From contig CAZALK010000001.1 in NCBI GenBank assembly GCA_964486045.1, forward strand, positions 192,001 to 256,000: a DNA stretch of 64,000 bases, given 5' to 3'. The notes below the pieces were generated by a model. The model worked only from the letters and a program-made list of their open reading frames with translations. It made no database searches and was not told the DNA's origin. The position numbers were made by a program, and so were the translations under genes. Origin of the DNA: an uncultured archaeon. Lineage in GTDB: Archaea; Asgardarchaeota; Lokiarchaeia; Sigyniarchaeales; SOKP01. Positions 58,993 to 64,000 of the stretch are shown one piece after another (position 1 is the first letter of the stretch; every line of letters begins with the position of its first letter).

Positions 58993-59466
58993 ATGGTAGT
59001 TGAATACCAATTAATCGATGCCACAGATAAAATTTTAGGACGGTTTTGCAGTCAAATAGCAAAAAAAGCGATGTTAGGTGAGTATATCGTTATAATTAAC
59101 GCTAAAGATGCAATAATAAGCGGAACTAAGAGAAATATTCATGAAAAATTCTTAGCCAAATTAAATATTTCAACTGCAACAAATCCTCTGAGAGGTCCGT
59201 TTCATGAAAGGAGACCTGATACATTTATGAGAAGAGTTATAAAACAAATGCTTCCAAGAAAGAAATTTCGAGGAAAGGAAGCCCTTAAAAGAGTCCATGT
59301 GTATATTTCAGAAATTCCAGAACGTTTTAAAATAAGATATCAAAAGATTGTTCCTATAGAAATTAAATATGCTGATAAGAAACGTCTTTTCTACTACAAT
59401 AAATATATAACTTTAGATAATCTTTGCCGGCGTATCGGATGGAACAAAATAGAAATTGAGGTATAA
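58993..59466 (+). CDS. rpl13: 50S ribosomal protein L13
   Basis: IDA...ILGR, GPFH.RRP, MLP.K..RGKEAL. Confidence 0.93.
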   Translation: MVVEYQLIDATDKILGRFCSQIAKKAMLGEYIVIINAKDAIISGTKRNIHEKFLAKLNISTATNPLRGPFHERRPDTFMRRVIKQMLPRKKFRGKEALKRVHVYISEIPERFKIRYQKIVPIEIKYADKKRLFYYNKYITLDNLCRRIGWNKIEIEV

Positions 59467-59473
59467 TAAAATT

Positions 59474-59884
59474 ATGTCAGTAAAAGTGGTTCAAGCTTCA
59501 GGTAAAAGAAAAACCGCAATAGCCAGAGCAGTGTTGAAACATCCTTCAAAAGGTCAGATTAAAATTAACAGTGTTCCATTACATCTCTATGAACCTGAAA
59601 TTGCACGCATGAGGATAGAAGAAGTTCTTGAGGTAGGAAATCATCCCAAACTTGAAAAATGTGATATTACTGTCCGTGTTAGGGGTGGTGGTGTAATGGG
59701 TCAAACAGATGCAGTAAGAATTGCAATTGCTAAATCAATTCAAAAATTTATTGGAACAAAAACGATTGAACGAAATTTTCGAGAATATGATGATTCTTTA
59801 TTAAGTGGGGATTCTAGAAGAACTGAACCAAAGAAATTTGGGGGAAAAAAAGCTCGAGCTCGCAGACAAAAAAGCTTTAGATAA
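59474..59884 (+). CDS. rps9: 30S ribosomal protein S9
   Basis: GKRKTAIARA, VRGGG..GQ, KKFGGKKARARRQKSFR. Confidence 0.95.
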   Translation: MSVKVVQASGKRKTAIARAVLKHPSKGQIKINSVPLHLYEPEIARMRIEEVLEVGNHPKLEKCDITVRVRGGGVMGQTDAVRIAIAKSIQKFIGTKTIERNFREYDDSLLSGDSRRTEPKKFGGKKARARRQKSFR

Positions 59885-59896
59885 CTTTCTTTATAA

Positions 59897-61213
59897 TTAT
59901 TGAGTCTTTACTTGTACACCTATCTTTATAAGATCATCTAGAAAAGAGGGATATGAATCTTTTACAATATGAATATTTCTAACTATAGAACTTGAAGAGG
60001 CGTGCAATGCAGCAATTGTACATGCCATTGCGACCCTATGATCATTTTCATGGCTAAAAATTGCACCTTCTAATTTATTACAATGATGTATCGTTAACTT
60101 ATCATCCTCTTCTAAAACTTTGATCCCCATTTTAGTTAACTCTCTTGCCATAGAAGAAATTCGATCACTTTCTTTAAGCCGAAGGTGTCTAGCATTGTAG
60201 AGAACGGTTTTTCCTTTCGCAAAAGCACCAACAACTGATAATATAGGAAAAAGATCTGGAATTTCACTACAATCAATTTCCAACCCGTTTAATGGATGTG
60301 TTAAAAGACTCCCTTTAACAATAACTTGGTTTTTATCTTCATCAAATTCGATGTTTGCACCCATTCCTTTTAAGATATTGATTATTCTTTTATCACCTTG
60401 ATGATTAAGCATGCTTAGATTATTGATGATGACATTTGATTGTTTGCTTGATAAAACTGCTGCAGCGATGATAAAAGCCATTGAAGAGAAATCTCCAGGA
60501 ATTTCATAAGATTGAGCTCTATAGTTTTGTTCGTTTGTTATATAGAATTTTCTTTTTTCTGGATCTTCTTGTATATAAATTCCAAATGTGTTTAATACGT
60601 CCAAAGTGATTTTTACAAAGGGAGCAGAAACTAAAGGTGTATTTAATTCAATTTCAATAATATTTTTGTTTTTACAGGGCAATAGAGGGCATACAACTAA
60701 CAAAGCAGTAATGAATTGAGAGCTAATATTTCCAGGTATTTTTATTTTATTACACAAAATCTTTCCGCGTTCAATCTTAACTCTATCATCCGACAAGTCA
60801 TAATTTGCTCCTAAGTTCTTTAAAGCGTTGAGAAGAGGAATAATTGGTCTTTTTAGCTTTAAAAATTCCCCTGTTAATTGAAGACCTCCTTTAACAAGCA
60901 GGCTTAGAGAACTAAATATTCGAAAAGTTGTTCCTGAATTTCTACAATCAAGAGCATCCTTAATTGGTTTGAACGACTCTTTGTCATTTTTAACGATATA
61001 AGAATTATCGCTAGATTTTATTATTTTTACTCCTAAAGCTCTTAAATTTTTAATTGTTATTTCTGCATCTCCAGTAGTTAATGGATTTTTAATTACAGAT
61101 ATCCCTTCAGCAAGGCTAGCAGCTATAAAAGCTCTATGAGAATAGCTTTTTGATCCAGGTGCTACTATTTCTCCCATTAAGTTATTAGTTAATGGGAATA
61201 TTTCCAAATCCAT
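59897..61213 (-). CDS. aroA: 3-phosphoshikimate 1-carboxyvinyltransferase
   Basis: PGSKSYSHRA, NSGTT, SSQF, LRLKESDR, DHRVAM, SYP.F. Confidence 0.95.
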   Translation of the reverse strand: MDLEIFPLTNNLMGEIVAPGSKSYSHRAFIAASLAEGISVIKNPLTTGDAEITIKNLRALGVKIIKSSDNSYIVKNDKESFKPIKDALDCRNSGTTFRIFSSLSLLVKGGLQLTGEFLKLKRPIIPLLNALKNLGANYDLSDDRVKIERGKILCNKIKIPGNISSQFITALLVVCPLLPCKNKNIIEIELNTPLVSAPFVKITLDVLNTFGIYIQEDPEKRKFYITNEQNYRAQSYEIPGDFSSMAFIIAAAVLSSKQSNVIINNLSMLNHQGDKRIINILKGMGANIEFDEDKNQVIVKGSLLTHPLNGLEIDCSEIPDLFPILSVVGAFAKGKTVLYNARHLRLKESDRISSMARELTKMGIKVLEEDDKLTIHHCNKLEGAIFSHENDHRVAMACTIAALHASSSSIVRNIHIVKDSYPSFLDDLIKIGVQVKTQ

Positions 61214-61292
61214 TATATGATAAATAGAAAATAATAGATATAATATTAATTAAATAATATTGTAAAATTAATTATTAGTAGATGTTGTTCTT

Positions 61293-62396
61293 ATGGTTGA
61301 TAATTCTTTAGGTACACTCTTTAAAATGACTTCTTTTGGAGAAAGCCATGGTTATTTGATAGGAATAATTATAGATGGCACCCCAGCAGGATTTGAGTTA
61401 GATATAGAACTTATCCAAAAAGAGTTAGATTTGAGAAAACCAGGACAATCCCATCTTACAACTTCTCGTATTGAGAAAGATAAAGTTAAAATATTATCAG
61501 GAATCTTTAATAAAAAGTCAACAGGGGCACCGATTTGCTTAATTATTGAAAATGAGGATAAAAATTCTTCTGAATATGAAAAATTTAAAAATTATTTACG
61601 TCCTTCTCATGTAGACTATTCCGCATTAAAGAAATATAAAGGATATTCGGATTATAGGGGATCAGGAAGATTTTCTGGGAGAGTAACAGCTGGATTTGTT
61701 ATGGGGGGTGCGATTGCTAAGCAAATATTAAAAAAGTTTGATATAAGAACTTTTGCATATGCTAAAGGCATTGGAAACTTTATTGATGAGGACGATTATG
61801 AGAAAATTGATTTTGAGAAACTTTTAGAGCTAAGAGAGAAATCTTTAGTTAGATCGGTAAATAAAGAAAAGTCTAAATTAATGAGGCATTTAATTGAAGA
61901 GGTAAAAGCAGAAAAAGATTCAGTAGGGGGGATAATTAAATGTATTATCCGTGGATTTCCTGAAGGACAAGGTGGACCTGTATTTAATAGTATTGAATCA
62001 AATATAAGCAAGGCAATTTTCTCAATTCCTGCGATAAAAGGAATAGAATTTGGAGCTGGATTTAAAGCCGCTAGTATGAAAGGTTCTGAGCATAATGATC
62101 CATGGATTTTAAGAGAAGATAAGATCAGTACAAGCAAAAATGATTCTGGGGGAATAATTGGTGGAATTTCAACAGGAATGCCTATAGAATTTTCGGTTGC
62201 TGTAAAACCAACAGCTTCTATTGGTATTCCTCAAAAAACGGTAGATATAGAGAACATGGAAAATATCGAAATTGAATTTGCTGGTCGTCACGATCCATGT
62301 ATAGTCCCGAGGATAATTCCAGTAGTAGAAGCAATGGTTGCCGTTGTTTTACTTGATTATTTATTAATAGATGGATTTATTCCAAGAGTTTTATAA
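61293..62396 (+). CDS. aroC: Chorismate synthase
   Basis: FGESHG, GRFSGR, GGI.GGIS.G, KPTASI, GRHDPC. Confidence 0.95.
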   Translation: MVDNSLGTLFKMTSFGESHGYLIGIIIDGTPAGFELDIELIQKELDLRKPGQSHLTTSRIEKDKVKILSGIFNKKSTGAPICLIIENEDKNSSEYEKFKNYLRPSHVDYSALKKYKGYSDYRGSGRFSGRVTAGFVMGGAIAKQILKKFDIRTFAYAKGIGNFIDEDDYEKIDFEKLLELREKSLVRSVNKEKSKLMRHLIEEVKAEKDSVGGIIKCIIRGFPEGQGGPVFNSIESNISKAIFSIPAIKGIEFGAGFKAASMKGSEHNDPWILREDKISTSKNDSGGIIGGISTGMPIEFSVAVKPTASIGIPQKTVDIENMENIEIEFAGRHDPCIVPRIIPVVEAMVAVVLLDYLLIDGFIPRVL

Positions 62397-62456
62397 TTTA
62401 AATTAAATTCAAAAGAAAATTATGAATAATAACTACTTGAAGAAATGTGATTTTTG

Positions 62457-62699
62457 ATGACAGAATCAGAACAAAAACAATTTATTAAAGAAGTTATAAA
62501 GGTAGTAGACAGATGGTCTTTTGAACAATGTGCCTCGTGTGATGATGGTACTATGGTTTCAATTGAAGGAATGCTTGATTTTCGATGCTCTAAATGTGGG
62601 AAACCCATGAATCCTATAAATTATCTAGGAGCCATTGCGGAAGCGGTTTATAATTATAGAGAACAACTAGAAAATCAAAATGAATCAAAAGATGACTGA
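62457..62699 (+). CDS. Small zinc-ribbon hypothetical protein
   Basis: CASC...CSKC. Confidence 0.65.
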   Translation: MTESEQKQFIKEVIKVVDRWSFEQCASCDDGTMVSIEGMLDFRCSKCGKPMNPINYLGAIAEAVYNYREQLENQNESKDD

Positions 62700-62926
62700 A
62701 TAGTATTTTAAATTCTAAATGTTTCGAAAGATTGGAAAAGTTTCCTCTTTAAAAATTAAATCAACACATTTTGTTGTCGATATGGAAAATTTCATTAAAA
62801 AAGCAGAAGAACTCTGAAAAGTATTAATAGAATTAAATGTAAAGATTTAAGTTAAGTTATTAAAATTATTATCATAACGCAATAAATAGTTTTAACCAAA
62901 TTTTATATAATTAAGATAACATAGAT

Positions 62927-63157
62927 ATGAAATTCGATACATCAAAACAATTCATAGAATTTTACAAGAAAAAAGGTGATTATTTAGTATCTCTCTCAGA
63001 AAGTCACTTCAAAACTGTAGAATATCGTAAATGCCTTGAGTTATTAAATGACGCCTATGGTATGTACAAAAAAGGAAAATATACTGAACTTGCTGAAAAA
63101 ACTAAACAAAGATTCATGGAAATAAAAGAAAAATATTTCAAAAAGAAAACGGAGTAA
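62927..63157 (+). CDS. Small helical (TPR-like) hypothetical protein
   Basis: 76-aa ORF with canonical BRE/TATA (ccaaattttatata) upstream. Confidence 0.6.
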   Translation: MKFDTSKQFIEFYKKKGDYLVSLSESHFKTVEYRKCLELLNDAYGMYKKGKYTELAEKTKQRFMEIKEKYFKKKTE

Positions 63158-63162
63158 TTTTA

Positions 63163-63657
63163 TTAAGGAAAGAGAGAAAAACCTTCTAATTTTTTCTCAA
63201 TATCTTCAATATGGGTTCCTTTCCAGAAAACTTTTTTACAAATTAAATTTGTGCATCTATAGAACTCACTATAGTTATTGAAAGAATCTGGTAGAACGAA
63301 ATCCTCGATTTCGGTTTTATCTTGAACTTTTAACAATATTGAGTTACAGATCGAACACCTTGCACATTCAAAACTGAATTCAAAATTTAAGTTTAGCTTT
63401 CTCTTAAGTTGATTCAAATAATGGTAAATCCCTTCTCCCTGCAGATACAAACTTCTTTCAATAAAACTCTTATGGAGCATTAAATCCTTTGTAATTATAA
63501 ACCTATCATTTTTCTTAGCAAAATATATTAATTTTTCATCTGGTACTGGATCAATCATTATTCTGTCTGTTAAATCATTAGAATATATGGTATCATATCC
63601 GAATATTCTAAGGAATCGAGCTAGCTTCCCTAACATTGAATCCACTAAGAATTTCAT
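63163..63657 (-). CDS. Mut7-C RNase (PIN + Zn ribbon, DUF82) protein
   Basis: MKFLVDSMLGKLARFLRIFGYDT, RCSICN, C..C.K.FWKGTH. Confidence 0.9.
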   Translation of the reverse strand: MKFLVDSMLGKLARFLRIFGYDTIYSNDLTDRIMIDPVPDEKLIYFAKKNDRFIITKDLMLHKSFIERSLYLQGEGIYHYLNQLKRKLNLNFEFSFECARCSICNSILLKVQDKTEIEDFVLPDSFNNYSEFYRCTNLICKKVFWKGTHIEDIEKKLEGFSLFP

Positions 63658-63751
63658 ATTATAGAGCCCACTTTTTTATTAAATCATTCTAGATTAAATA
63701 TATTTAAAATATCTATTAAATTATATAACTGAAATTTAATATATATTAGAA

Positions 63752-63990
63752 TGTGGTTTTAATTATTCTCCCAATGAGGAGGTTGTAGCTGTAGTTGAGA
63801 ATGATATTTGTAGCATTGACGTACTCCAGGCAATATTTATGAAATAGAATATAATCCTCCAGAATTAGCCCAAATAGAAGATTCTGTAACATGTGATATT
63901 TGTAGTAAAGAAACTGCTAGTAGTAGAATCATGACTTATAATAATTATGACATGTGTATCCCCTGTTATAAAGCTCAGAGAAAATTTTAA
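63752..63990 (+). pseudogene. Internally deleted FmdE-family remnant
   Basis: NEEVVAVVENDICSIDVLQA (FmdE core) joined out of frame to PPELAQIEDSVTCDICSKE...MCIPC (C-terminal Zn finger). Confidence 0.7.
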
Positions 63991-64000
63991 GAAAGATAAC

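Noticed and set aside
344-62608. The many short antisense or nested ORFs in the track (e.g. 344-607, 1448-1807, 7875-8225, 19363-19554, 32489-32932, 39464-39742, 61796-62137)
   Set aside because: They overlap well-supported genes or remnants on the opposite strand or in another frame and show no recognisable motifs.
1-64000. CRISPR arrays, tRNA/rRNA genes, IS elements
   Set aside because: No regularly spaced repeats, GC-rich structured RNA segments or transposase ORFs were recognised by eye; a covariance-model scan was not possible.

Overview
AT-rich archaeal chromosome segment, most likely an Asgard archaeon of the Lokiarchaeia. This is inferred from archaeal rpoD-rpl18e-rpl13-rps9, thermosome, RadA, TrmI and several Ras-like small GTPases, one fused to a roadblock/longin-like domain. 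The right half (~33-64 kb) is housekeeping: HdrA-HdrA-MvhD/MetV/MetF, PEPCK, thermosome, HisI, TrpRS, SHMT, ribosomal proteins, AroA/AroC. The left half (~1.4-32.4 kb) looks like one co-regulated programme. Almost every transcription unit there is preceded by the same unusual promoter, T5-10-C-TTT(A/T)(T/A)A(T/A)A, which is a TATA box with a pyrimidine tract where the purine-rich BRE normally sits. I found 15 copies or variants by eye and none in the housekeeping half. The region encodes a divergent TFB/TFIIB paralogue with an altered BRE-recognition helix, a second recombination toolkit (RadA paralogue with an extra HhH domain, RadB-like ATPase, Hef/FANCM-like and Hel308-like helicases), an M50-type membrane protease and a large surface protein. 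It also holds a five-gene membrane operon with a membrane-anchored HhH DNA-binding protein and a VirB4/HerA-like pseudo-ATPase. My inference is an alternative-TFB regulon for DNA uptake or cell-to-cell DNA exchange coupled to homologous recombination. Also seen: several probable ATT/ATA start codons, unannotated small ORFs, and multiple truncated or internally deleted gene remnants. No rRNA, tRNA, CRISPR array or transposase was recognised. All calls come from motif recognition by eye, without database searches.
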